A stretch of DNA of 64,000 nt, taken from positions 1 through 64,000 of the forward strand of contig MEDY01000044.1 in the NCBI GenBank assembly GCA_001724265.1. Direction: 5' to 3'. The notes beneath the pieces were generated by a model. The model was given only the letters and a program-made list of their open reading frames with translations. It did no database searches and had not been told where the DNA came from. How positions within the stretch are numbered: position 1 is the stretch's first letter; each line of letters starts with the position of its first letter. Shown here in pieces: positions 22,376 through 33,900 of this stretch. Origin of the DNA: Rhizaria sp. SCN 62-66 (taxonomy: Eukaryota). Both the position numbers and the translations under genes were made by a program.

Positions 22376-25300
22376 ATGTCTGCGCTAAAACCATTCTCCT
22401 AGTTGTCCTCAGCCTCTGTTGTCTCTTCATCGTCGTCGTCTTCGCGGCGCAAGCGCGCTGTGTCCCCCTCTACCCCCCAGTAGAGGGCCTAGACCTCCGT
22501 TTCCTCCCGCTCGGGCTCAGGCTCCTCATCGCCGGCCTGTTAGGCGCCCTCTGGCCCCAAGACCAACCGCGCGCACCGCTCAGCGCACCACACCTCCCAC
22601 GACGCCGGGCTCGATTAGGCGCTCCTCTAGTTGCCGCTGCCCCCCAACAACAACAACATCAACACTCACCACAACCACCAGAACTCCGCGCAGCGCGCGA
22701 GCAGTCGGTCGGCCTCGCGCTCGCCCACGGTGAAGCCCGCCGCGATGCGCAGCCAACACAGCCGCAGCCCCAGCCCCAACTCTTCCAAGAGCGCCCCCGG
22801 CCGTCACCGCTCTGACGCGACTGCTGCGTCTGTTGCGACTGAAGCGGCCGCAGTGTTTTCGGTTGCTGCTCCTGCTGCCGGTGCTGCTGTCGGCGGCGTT
22901 CGTCCCCTGTCGACGTGGTCTCTGGCCGAGATGATCTGCGCACTCGCGCACCACAACCCCAACGCTGACGACAACCACGTCAACAACGGCAACATCACTG
23001 CTGCTGACACCGCGCCGGCGGCTGACGCCGTGCCGGCGGTTGACAACAGCTACATCGTGAACGACCCTGCCTTCGCGTAGGCCCACGCGGCCTCGTAGGC
23101 GGCCTCTGCCGCCTTCGCCGCCACCAGCGCCGCTGCGGCCGCCAGCCAGGCCGCTGCGGCCGTCGCGGAGGCCTTCGCGGCTGATCTGGCCGAACTGGCC
23201 AGCACGACGAAGCGCGCGAGCGAGGTCGTGGTCGCGCTGCCCGAGGCGAGCCTCGCCGCCGCAGTGGCCGCCTCGGTACAGACGCGGCGCCAAACCCTCG
23301 CCGCGCTCTACAGCAACGGCGGCGGCGACAACAACGCCGCAGCTAACCACAACAAGAAGAACTCCCGCAAGAACAACAACAGCGCTCGGAGCGCAACCAC
23401 CGACGGCAACGCCAGCAGCAACGATGAGAGCAAGTCTGTCGCCGTGACTGACACAAACGCTGACCCTTCAGCTGCGACTGCACCTATGACTGCAACTGCG
23501 GCTGACCCCGCCGTGGCCCCCGCAGCGGCCCCCGCAGCGGCAGCGGCAGCAGTTGCGCCTCCGGTGAACCCCGAGCGCATGATGATCTTCAACCCGACAC
23601 CGGCGCCGCTGCCGCTGGCGATCCGCAACACGCCCTTCGCGCTGCCGCGGCGCGCCAGCTACCTGCGCCCGCTGGCCGCGCAGGCGCTCGAGTAGCTGCA
23701 GTACAAGGCGGCCGGGCTCGTCCCGCTGGCGACGCTGCCGGGCCGCGGGCTGTGTCTGCTCGTCGGCGTCTAGTGGCGCGGCGTGCAGGAGGGCGTCAGC
23801 GCCATGGTCTGCGGCGGCAAGCGCGAGCCCGACGACCCGTCCTCGCTCTTCACCGCACTGCGCGAGTTTAACGAGGAGGCCGCCGACGTTTTGAGCGCGC
23901 CGGTGCGCCGCGCGGTGGGCGTGCTGCCGGGCGACGCCGCGCTCGCCGCCGCAGACGCCGTGCGCGTCGCCGTGCTGCGCGAGTGGGTCCGAGCAAAGGG
24001 GCCCGCGGGGGCGCTGCCCGGCAACGCGCCGTGGTTCCCCGATGCCGCCGCTGCTGGTGCTGCTGCGGACACTTCTGCTGCTGTTGTTGACGTGTCTGCT
24101 AGAGAGACTGCGGTGGGAGCTGTGTTGAGCACAGCCGACGCGATCCGGGCCGCGGCTGCCAGAGACCCGGCGTTCGGCGATGACCCCAGCGTGACTGATG
24201 TGAGCGCGCCTGCCCAGACCGCGAACGCTGAGCCTATTGTGCAGCACGTTGACGCGAGCCTTCAGGTGGACGCTGCCCCCGTGGACACTGCTGCCGAGAC
24301 GGTGACTGCTACGGCGGAGACGGACACCCCCTCAGCTGCTGAGTCTGCTGCCCCAGCCACTGGCAAACTCAACAAGAAGGCCAAACGCGCCGCTGCCGCT
24401 GCCGCCACTGCTGCTACGGCGGACGCTTCCGGGAAGAAGAAGTCAAGCCGCCTGGCGACCTTGTTCAACGTGCCCTCTACGTGGGCGACGCAGATCGACG
24501 GCGCGTACAGCGCCGTGCCGCACCTGTTGCCGCCAGATCTTTCGCGCCTCTGCCACCTCGACCGCGTCGCCGCCGCGGGCGCTGGCACGCTTGGTGACAG
24601 CGACGCAAACGGTCTCTCTCTCGCTGCGGCGATGGCCGACAGCGACGCCACGAGCGCTGACGGCTCGACCGCTGATTCGACTGCTGCGGCATCTGCGTCT
24701 GCGTCTGCGTCTGCTGTGCTTAAGGGCAGGTACACGCCCGATGCGTGGAGCAACCGACACGTGAGCCTGAGTGCGGCCATCGACGCCGCGGCGGCCGCGG
24801 GTCACGCTGCGGCGTGGTTTGCCGACGGGCGCTACGTGCTGCACATGGTTGACCTTGACCGCGAGACCAATCACGGCGGCAGCGGCGCCTCTGAACCCGT
24901 CCACGACGCGACTCCTTCCGGGGATTGCGCCGATAGAAGTGCGGGCGCCTGTGCGCTGCCGGTGCGCGGCGAGAGCGAGATGGCCAGCGAGGCTGCGCGT
25001 ACGACGGCGGCGGAGCTGATTGCGCGCGCTGAGCGCGAGCTCGCCCGCCACCACCTCAACGAACTCGCAAGCGCCGGCACTTTCACCGAGAGCAGCGCCG
25101 TCATCGATGGCAACGCCGTTGACTCAGGCAATGACGTTGCGGGCGATGCGCCTGCTACTGATCTCACCGCGCGCGTCGTCGGCGGCGACGGCATCGCGGC
25201 CGAGGTGTGGCCCTTCACCGTCTCGGCCCAAGACCGCGTGCCCGCGGCCAGCAAGACTCCCGCGCCCGCGCCGACGCGCGCCGAACTCGCTGCGGCGCTC

Positions 25301-27076
25301 CGCCTCGGCAGTCATCGCGGTCACCACAGCCAGAACGCGTCCGACTCCGCCGCCACCGCCTCAGCCATTGGCACTGCCACTGACGCTGCTGGCGGTGGTA
25401 TCGACGCTGCGGTCGACACGAGCGCGCTGATGCTGGGCATCCCGCGGCTGCACACGTACCTCCGCCGGCGCGCAGTCATGGGCGACGCGGACCCGCTCTG
25501 GCGCGACCCCACCCCCGTTGCCTCACCCGCGGCCAGCCCCGCGGCAAGCCCCGCGCTTACGCCGAGCCCGCGCCGCCAGAGCCCCCGCGCCGCTGTCTTC
25601 GTCGGTGCTGGTGCCGCGGCGGTAGGCGGCGCGGCGGCGTGCCCGGCGCCCGCGCTTTCGCTCGCCGACGACTGCGCCCCCGCTGCCGCGCCCCAGCCCA
25701 CCGCTCCGCAGCCTCAGCCCGACGCGCTCCAGCCAGCGGCGCTGACCGAGCCCGTGCCGTCCTACCCTCTGGCTGACGCGGCCGTGCCTCACTCCGCAGC
25801 CACCGCAGCGACTGCCACGAGCGCCGTCAGTGTGGACACCCGCTCTGCGACGCCTGCGACTGCGAAGACAGAGACCGCGACCCAGACCGCGCCCACTGAT
25901 GCGCCGGCCGATGCGCTGGCCGCGAGCACGCCTACAGAGACTGATGTCGACACCGCCGCCGCCGCCGCACACGCCGCCGCCGTGGCTGCGGCGCGCGCTG
26001 TGCGCGTGCCGACCGCGGCACAGCTGGCGTCGCTGCAGGATCAGATGCTCGCCGTGCGCTGGGTGCCCGTCACGGCGCTACTCCACGCCACCCAGAAGCG
26101 CTACGAGGTCCTCGTGCGCTCCGTCGCCGCAGCTGGCACAAATGGCAGCGCCACTGCGACGACAGCAACGGCGGCTCAGAGCACTGCGAACAACACTGAC
26201 GCCGCCGGCGCGACCAACGCCGCGAGCGCCAACAAGCCCTCCAACCCGGCGCTGGCGTCGAAGCTGCGCATCGCAGCGGGCGTGCACGGGACCGAGGCGG
26301 CGCCGGCGCTGCCGAGCGTCAGTCTTTCCGCAAGCGAGCGGCTCACGGCGGCGGACTTCCGCGCCGCGACGCGCATGATGCAGCAGACTCCAGCCGAGGT
26401 CGCGGCCGACTTCCTGCGCGCCGTGCCGCGGTCCTCGTCCTCGTTGTCAGCTGGCGGCCGCAGCCTGAGCAGCAGCAACAGCGGGACCGACGTCGACGAC
26501 GAGGCCGACTGCGACGGACACAGTGTCGCCTCCGCCGCCGCCGCCGACGTCGTGTTCGACGTCTCGGCCGTGTACGGCGCTGCGGTGTCCGGCCACATCG
26601 CCGCCATGACTGACAGCAGCGCCAACTCCCCCGTGTTCACGGCCGCTGCCGCGGGCTCGACTGCGGACTCGGCGCGCTCGAGCGGCGGCCGCTCCTCCCC
26701 GCTGCCCGCGGCGCCGCTGAGCCCGGCGAGTCGGCGCACCGCCCGCGCCCGCGCGCGGTTGGCGGCGGCGCGCGGTGAGTGGGAGCGCGTCGCGCGGGCC
26801 AGCGGGTTCAAGCACCCGCCGCACCTTGTCAAGGACATCGACGGGTGTCCGCTGCCGCTGTACCGCATGCTGGGGCAGATCCTCTGCGTGCCCGCCGTGC
26901 GCAGCTACCTCATCGAGCGCGTGGCACGCGCCACCCCCGACGCCGTCTACGCGCCCGGAAACGATAGCGGCAGCGGCAGCGGCACGCCCAGCAGCGACAA
27001 CGATAGCGGTCGCTGCGCCGTTGAGTGTGCCCGCGTTACAGGGAGTAGCGCCGCGGAGGGCAACACGAACATCTAA
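22376..27076 (+). CDS. Nudix-box protein with long Ala-rich insertions, ~1566 aa (may start at an upstream in-frame ATG, e.g. 22175)
   Basis: One frame interrupted only by 10 TAGs (22400, 22481, 22490, 22541, 22616, 22628, 23078, 23096, 23693, 23771). Nudix-like box GGKREPDDPSSLFTALREFNEEA at 23813-23881, preceded by YKAAGLVPL...LCLLVGV; TAA stop. Confidence 0.8.
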
Positions 27077-27557
27077 GACTACGCACTGCGAGTCTTATTG
27101 GCAGACAAAGTTGATTGGCGGCCATAGTCGAGTTGATTGATGAATGCGGAGTTGTCTCCGTTCATCTATCACACTGATGTACACTTTTTCTTTTGCATTA
27201 CTCTTGTGCACTGTATCAACACGCATCTTTTGTGCTGTGCGTGTACGGTGTGTGCAAGGTTATGTGTTTTCACCGTTTTACGGCTTTAGACCTACTTTAT
27301 TTCGTCTTTTTTGTGTGTGTGTCTTTGACACATGTAATTCCTAGAAATTCATCTACTTACAATTACTTTAATTTTTATTTCCGTTTGTTCTCCGTGTTAT
27401 TTTGTTGAAGCCTTGACTGGCGAGAGCAAATGATACTGACAAACAGTAAACAACGTTTTAGAAGCTTCATCAGTTTTCCTGATTTAAACATTTGCAAGGG
27501 CCTTGCTAAAATACACAGTATCAATAATTGTGATTTTGATACGTATGCTTCACCACA

Positions 27558-30365
27558 TCACAGCCGGCGCGCAAGAAAGTTGTAGTACCGGATCCGCGAG
27601 TTCGTGTCGCACGCCGCCGCACCGCCTTGACACAGGGCCTCAAACCACGTCATGACGGTCTCGTCGAACGGGTGGTGCGGACTCGGCTGCTCAGCAGCAG
27701 GCGCCGCCACAGCATCTGGTACAGTTGCGCTGGCTGCCGCGCGGCGGGGGATGTGGGCGTTCTGGTCTACGCATGCCACGACGCGGCCGACGGGCACAGC
27801 GCCCGCGGGCAGCAACCGCGCCGCGCAGGGCTTAAACGTCACGAAGCAGAGGATATTTTGCGGGGCATTGAACACGTCACCGAGCGGAGGCAGCACCGAG
27901 CGCGCGCACATCAGCAGCGTCCCCGAGGGGTACACCACGTCCGCGTCTCTGTCTCCTACCAGCGCAGCGGCCTCCCCGTAGATGAGGTCCTCGGCGGGCA
28001 GCGCGAGCGGCGCCGCCGCGCAGGGGGCCTTGTGACGATACAACGACACGTACGGCAGCGCCGCAGCGTCGACCCCGGCTGGCGCAAAGCACCGGTGCAC
28101 ATATGCACCGAGCGCGTACATGCGCGTGGCGGCGCGGAAATGTGCGGCGTGGGTGGGAAACGCGTCGTCGTGCAGCGTAACCATAAGGTGGTACATTGCT
28201 CCGCTGTCCTCCGACTGCGGCGGCGTAAAACACGCCACCATCACGACGTGCATGTCCGTGCCCATGCAAGTGGGCCCCACTGTCGCCAGCGCCTGCAGAC
28301 GCACGCACTCGCGCGCGCGCGCTTGCAGCAGGGCCAGCGCAACCGCCGACGGCGCTCTGCTTTCCGTGGGCGCCAATGCAGTGACTGTTTCTGCGCCACC
28401 GGACGCCGGGTAGCCACCGCGCCGCAACACGGCCGCAATGTGCGCGTCAAACGCAGCAAGCCAGTCGCCCCCGTGCGCGGCAGCAAACGCCCGCACGCCC
28501 GCAACAGCCTCCTCGGGGGACACTGCAACAGCAGCAGCGGCGCGTACACTGGCAGCGTCCGAGCCCGCAGGAGTCGACGCCAGAGAGAGCAGAATGGACG
28601 CGGGCGCGACCCCAGCGGCGGCCAGCGCAGCCTCAAGCTCGCCAAGAGCGAGGACAACAGAGTCGGGAAGCTCATCCGCACAGCGCAAGAGAGCAATCGC
28701 GTGTTTGCCGTGCGCCTTCACGAAGTCTACCAGAAAGTCGCCATGCAGAGGCGCATTGACTTCAGCTTCCGCCCCGGCCTCAGCGTCACCGCTAATGCTA
28801 GCTTCCGCGTCGTCAAAGCCGTTGTCGTCGTGGGGTGCAACCAGCATCCGCAGCACCGCGAGTGCGCGCGCGACGGCATCTGTGTTTGTCCCCGCGTCGA
28901 ACAGCGCGGCCGCCAGCACAACGCGCACGCAGAACAACACGACACCGCCCTCGCGTAGCGCCGTGCGCACACACGCGGACTGCGGCCGCTGCAGCGCGTT
29001 GTCGAGCAGCAGCGCGAGCTCGGTGGCCAGCGCCCAGGGCTGCGGCTCTGTCCGCGCACCGCGCGCGGGCGCTCCCGAGAGGCCATGCGCAAGCACGCTC
29101 TGCAGCAGGCCCGCCGAGACGAGGCGCGCGGCCAGCGCGGCGGGGCCGGCGGCAAGGCGCGCGACGGTGGCCGCCAGGAGGGTCTGCATGGGGGCGCTGA
29201 GCATGTACCAGTTGTGGTCGACAAAGTCAGCGATTGCGGTCACCCGCGGCGCCGTGAAGACCGCGGCGCAGAGTTCGCCGTCGAGGTCGGCGGCGCAGCG
29301 CAGCAGGCGCACGGCTGTAAGGGGCCCGTTTTCAACGCTGCGGGACGGAAGCAGCTGCAGCACGCCGTCAAAAGCAGGGCTATGCAGAAACGCAGCAAAG
29401 TCATTGCGCAATGAGTCGTCGTCCGCGGCCACGCCGTCCGCAGCAGCACGTTGATGAGAGGTAACATAATTAGCGTCATCGGCGGTGGGGACGTGCAAGG
29501 GGACGGTGTGCAAGGGGGCAGTGTGCATCATGGCGGAGGTAAGAGCCGTGATAAAGAGGCTGGCGAGCGCGGCGTGCGTGAGGTGCACCGCGACGCCGAC
29601 CTGGTCTCCATCGGCGGCGGCGGCGGCGTAGCGCTGAGCCGCCGCGCTGAGCAGCGGGACGAAGGGCGCGAGGTCGGCCGCGTAGTCCACCCGCATTTCA
29701 GCCGCCGCAACAGCAGCCACCATCGATGTAGTAGCAGCAGACGCAATTGCAGCAGGCGCAGCTGCGGTGGCGGCGGCAGTTGCGAGGAGTGACATGACTT
29801 GCGCAATGGCGTCCGCGCAGGTGCGGTGCACAGCGGCCTTGCCCAAGTCCTCCGTGCTGGCGTGCGCGGGGTCCGCAAGCAGGATGCGGGTCACATCAAG
29901 CAAAGGCCGCAGCGCGGCGCTGCTGGCGACGCGGGGGCGCAGCTGAGGCGTGCTCTGGCGTGCGGTCTGGGCGATGATGCCGAAAGCCATAGTGGCAACA
30001 TGGTCGCTCCATCCGCAGCGGCTGAGCCAGGTCAGAAGATGTTCGGCAGCGCCGCAGGAGACCATGGCCGCGCTGCCTGCGGGAGTTGCGTTGGCGACCC
30101 AATGTAGCAGACTGGCGGACTCGCTACAGCGCTCGGTGCTGCCGCTGCGTTCCTAGCTGTTCAGTGACTCGACGATGAAGTCAAACAAACCGCTTTCGTC
30201 GCCAATCGCGACACATTTATCTGTGCTCGAGATTAGAGAGCTCCTGGCAGAGTACAACGCAGAGGTATGAAATGCCCGCATCAGAGCAAGTAGTCCTTTG
30301 GAGCCAGGAACAAGATTGTACGTCACTGCGATCGCCGCGTGCAAGGACCCAATGTCGAACTCCAT
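27558..30365 (-). CDS. ARM/HEAT-like helical region fused to a divergent cyclophilin-like domain, 935 aa
   Basis: ORFs 30153-30365 and 27558-30065 are one frame joined through TAG 30153-30155. ARM-like segments: MVSCGAAEHLLTWL, LVSAGLLQSVL, LREGGVVLFCV. The C-terminal domain is homologous to 2680-3215 and 5279-5790. TGA stop. Confidence 0.8.
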
Positions 30366-30918
30366 TGCAACGTGGCTTAGCGCACTATCTCTTTCAAATC
30401 TGCTTGCTAGACTTTAATATTAGCGGGGTCAGATGGTACATAGTAGAATATACACGCGTGTGAAATATGATTATGCTATATTTCTTTAAACTCACACAAA
30501 TACGCACCCACAAGAGCCTGCCTGCGATTTGCAAGGCGACGACAACTGGGGTGATTAGTTAACTTGATTCGAAGTGTGTAAACAACCAGAAAGCAAACGA
30601 ATAACACACGTAATTAAAAAAGTGCAACCTAATATATTCTATTCGTATGACACGCGTGTTGTGTTGACGATATGATCGTGCTACCCATCGCGTTTTGCTC
30701 AAGCTGTCTTTTCTTAAAGAGAAGAAGAAAACGTCTGTATTAAAATTGATGTTCTATGAAGGGAAAAATATCTATAAAAGTTAAGTATCATGTCTCGTTG
30801 GATATTGTTGGTAAAGTTTAAGGATGTTATATTGAACAATAATGTGCTGTTTTGTTATAAGTTGGAGCAGTTCCATGCAACGTTAAACAGTTGCACCTGC
30901 ACTCTCGTCTTCGTTGTT

Positions 30919-33900
30919 TCAATTGTTCTCGCCATCATCCTTCGCAACACTCGCAGCTACATCAACAGATGTGACTTCCGCGCTGTTCACGGGACCATTC
31001 TCAGCGATTTCACCAGCAGCGACATTTACAATCGCAGTAGCAGAGCCGGTCTCGCTCGTAACACTGCCAGTATAACTCGCAGTGACCACATCGTTGACAG
31101 CAGCAGTCATTTGCGTAAACGCTGCATCTGCGTCGGTCGCAGGTTCCGGTGCGGCCAGTTTCTCCTTGGTAGGATCATTGACATCGTTGTCACCAGCAGG
31201 AGCCACACCAGGCGTATCTCCAACAGTGTTATTAGGGGCAGCGGGGTCGATTGCAACAGTAACAGCAGCAGCCGTCTCATTGCCCGCCGCGGTTCTCCGG
31301 TCGTCAGCAGGAGCGGCTGCTCCGGCGATAGCAGCGATTTGTGAAGATGTATCGACACTGTCCATTACCTCCATCGGTTCAATGGGAGCTGGCGCATGTA
31401 TTTCAGTGGCGTTCTTCTCGACATCAGCACTCTTAACCTGAATCTGAACGGCCGATGCCACTGTCTCATAAACGGTAGCGTCTGCAGCAGCTTCGATACT
31501 GGCAGCAGCCTCATTGCTCTCTGGAACGTCGTTGACGACGGCTGTTGCAATATGGGACTTTGTGGCTGAAGTGGCGTCAGGCACAGATACATTTGCAACC
31601 GTCTTAATTGCAGGGCCTGCATTAGGAGTAGCTTCAGTAACATCAGTATCGTCTGAGTTGTTCGAGTCCGTGGTGCGCTTGGCCACATAATCTGCCGCTT
31701 CAGCACCAGCAGCAACTGCAGACGAAGTCTCGACCCGCGCAGTTCGAGCAAGGCCAGTCTCTGCAATTGCAACGTCACGAGCTTGAACAACAGCTGGCCC
31801 ATCAACGGAGGCAGCTTCAGCGGTGCCTACTTCGGCCAGAGCAGTGGGAGCACCGGCTTCAGCGGCAACCTTTTGAGAAGCAGCAGCAGCTTCAGCACCA
31901 CCAGAGCTCTGAATGCCGACCGCGTCATCAGTCGCAATATCCGAAACGTCAGTCTCAGGACCGGCCTGCGCAGGTTCAGCTAAAACAGCAGCTGCAACAG
32001 TTCCATCGGCAGCTGAAGTATCAGCAGCAGCAGCAGCAGCAGCAGCAGTCGCTTCGACAGTCGTCGTGTCAACAGAAGCAGCGGCAGCAATCTCGGCTGC
32101 AGCAGCGGCTGCCTGCGCGGCAGCGGCGGCGGCTTCAACCTCTGCCTTAGCCTTGGTTTCCTTGGCCTCTTCTTCAGCTTTGGCCTCTGCTTCAGCCTTA
32201 GCCTTGGCATCTGCCTCGGCCTTAGCTTTAGCCTTAGCTTCAGCCTCAGCCTTTGCCTTTGCTTCTGCCTCGGCCTTTGCAACAATTGCAGCTTCAAGCG
32301 CTGCCTTAGCAGCGGCTTCCTCTTCCTCTTTCGCCTTTGCCGCCGCAGCTGCCTTGGCCTTCATGGCAACCTCCGCAGCCGCCCTTGCGACGGCCATCGC
32401 CTTGGCGCGCGCGTCGGCCTCGGCCCGTGCGTTCACTAGGGCGGCGTCAACGTGGACTCCGATAGCAGCGGCCGTGCGGAGAAGCCAGGTTGTGGCGTCA
32501 GTTAGTAGCGCAGTGAGAGCACGTGCATGAGCCAAAATAGCAGCAGCACCGTCAGGCGTTGACTGTGAGTCGTTGAAGTTCGTATTGCTTGTGGGTAGCT
32601 GTGGGGGGAAGTACGAGAAGCAGTGGGGGTCGTCAATGAACTCAATCACGTCGACAGCAACCTGTTCATCCTCCTCTTCATCGTCAACCGCGCGGTCGCC
32701 TTCAGTGTTGGACTCATCGCGATTAGACGCGGCAAGCTCGTCTTGCTCAGCAAACGAATCTCCGAGCAAGCCGTGCTGTGGATGTTTCTGGGTTAATTTC
32801 ACATGCTGATTAGGCGGATGTTGCGAGCGTTGTTGATGCTGCTGGGAAGAGAACGCACCGTCCACTCTGGGCAGACGCTGTAGGTCGATTTGAGACACAG
32901 CCGAAGGCCCCAACAGCGGCGTGAGCGCTTCAGTGCCTGATCCCACCGTTGACGTTGACGCAGGCGCTGTCGCCTTAGCGTCAAGTAACAGGCCAATCTC
33001 ATCTAGCTTGGGCTCAGAACCAGTGGACACCACCACAGCGCGACGGCGGCGGTTGCGTTGACGCGATGCAGCAGGAACCTTTGCAAATACGAATTCGTCG
33101 CGTGAGTTCTGACGCAGCATGCGCACCTCAAGTGCACTCAGCAATGCCAAAGGCGCGGCTGTACGTGCGCGTTCAAGCGAATGCGGCAGAGCCAGTGTTT
33201 GCGGGGTAGTAGCTGCAGTGTTGGTCGCCGCAGTTCGAGATGTGGAAGGTTTGAGGGAGGCAAAAACGGCGTGCGACATAAGAAGAAGCGTTGCAGCGTG
33301 AGTTAGTAGCGCGCTCGCGTCGGCAGCAGTTGCAGACGAGGCGACGGCAGCAGCTAGCTGCAGAGGGTCGGCGGATGTCGCGTTGTTGATCTCCGTCGTA
33401 TCAAACATATCCATTCCAGCCTGCACACATCCCTCATCGGCTAGATGAGTGACATCGTGGTTGCTGTCATCGTCAGCAGTCGCAGTGCGGGAGACTGCTG
33501 CGGCGACAGCTTCGTGTTGTTGCATCGCCCAGCTCGCGGGCTCTACCGCCAAGCGCGCGAGGGTTTGCGGATAGTCAATCCACAAGTTTTCATTCGCACC
33601 CTCAGTTGAGTCATTTTTACCTCCAAGCAACACTGAAAAGCGGTGACGCGACGCGCTGTCACATGCACAGTCGGCAAGCATCCTCCTGAGCGCAGGCGCA
33701 GCCTCGACGTTCGCATTCCACCTCGGCGGCGCGCCTGCAGCGCTTGCGGCCGCAGCTGCGCGCGCTGCTGCAGTAGCTCGCGCCGAAACGCTTGCGTGCG
33801 TCAGCGCAACCTTCTCCGCATGCGCACAGGGCGCCGCGGCCGCAGCTGTTGCTGACAGCATGGCAGTCACGGCTACAGTTGCGGAAGCCAGCGCTGCACG

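Noticed and set aside
22400..23773. TAG as pyrrolysine, Leu or Trp, or as a motif-specific sequencing error
   Set aside because: The sites lie mostly in polar low-complexity context, next to or aligned with Gln, and share no flanking DNA motif. Pyrrolysine is not known in eukaryotes. Gln remains an inference.
14693..27076. TAA = Gln as well (ciliate-type UAR code)
   Set aside because: TAA at 9409, 14693 and 27074 is followed by a shift to AT-richer non-coding-like DNA, and no well-supported gene has an internal TAA.
30883..30921. TGA reassignment, suggested by GENN-TGA-NNEDESAGATV-TAA here and by TGA at a Trp position (5248)
   Set aside because: There is no in-frame TGA in more than 11,000 codons of the giant ORF or in the other intact genes, several genes end at TGA, and 5248 lies in a copy that is also deleted. 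Leaky readthrough at 30919 cannot be excluded.
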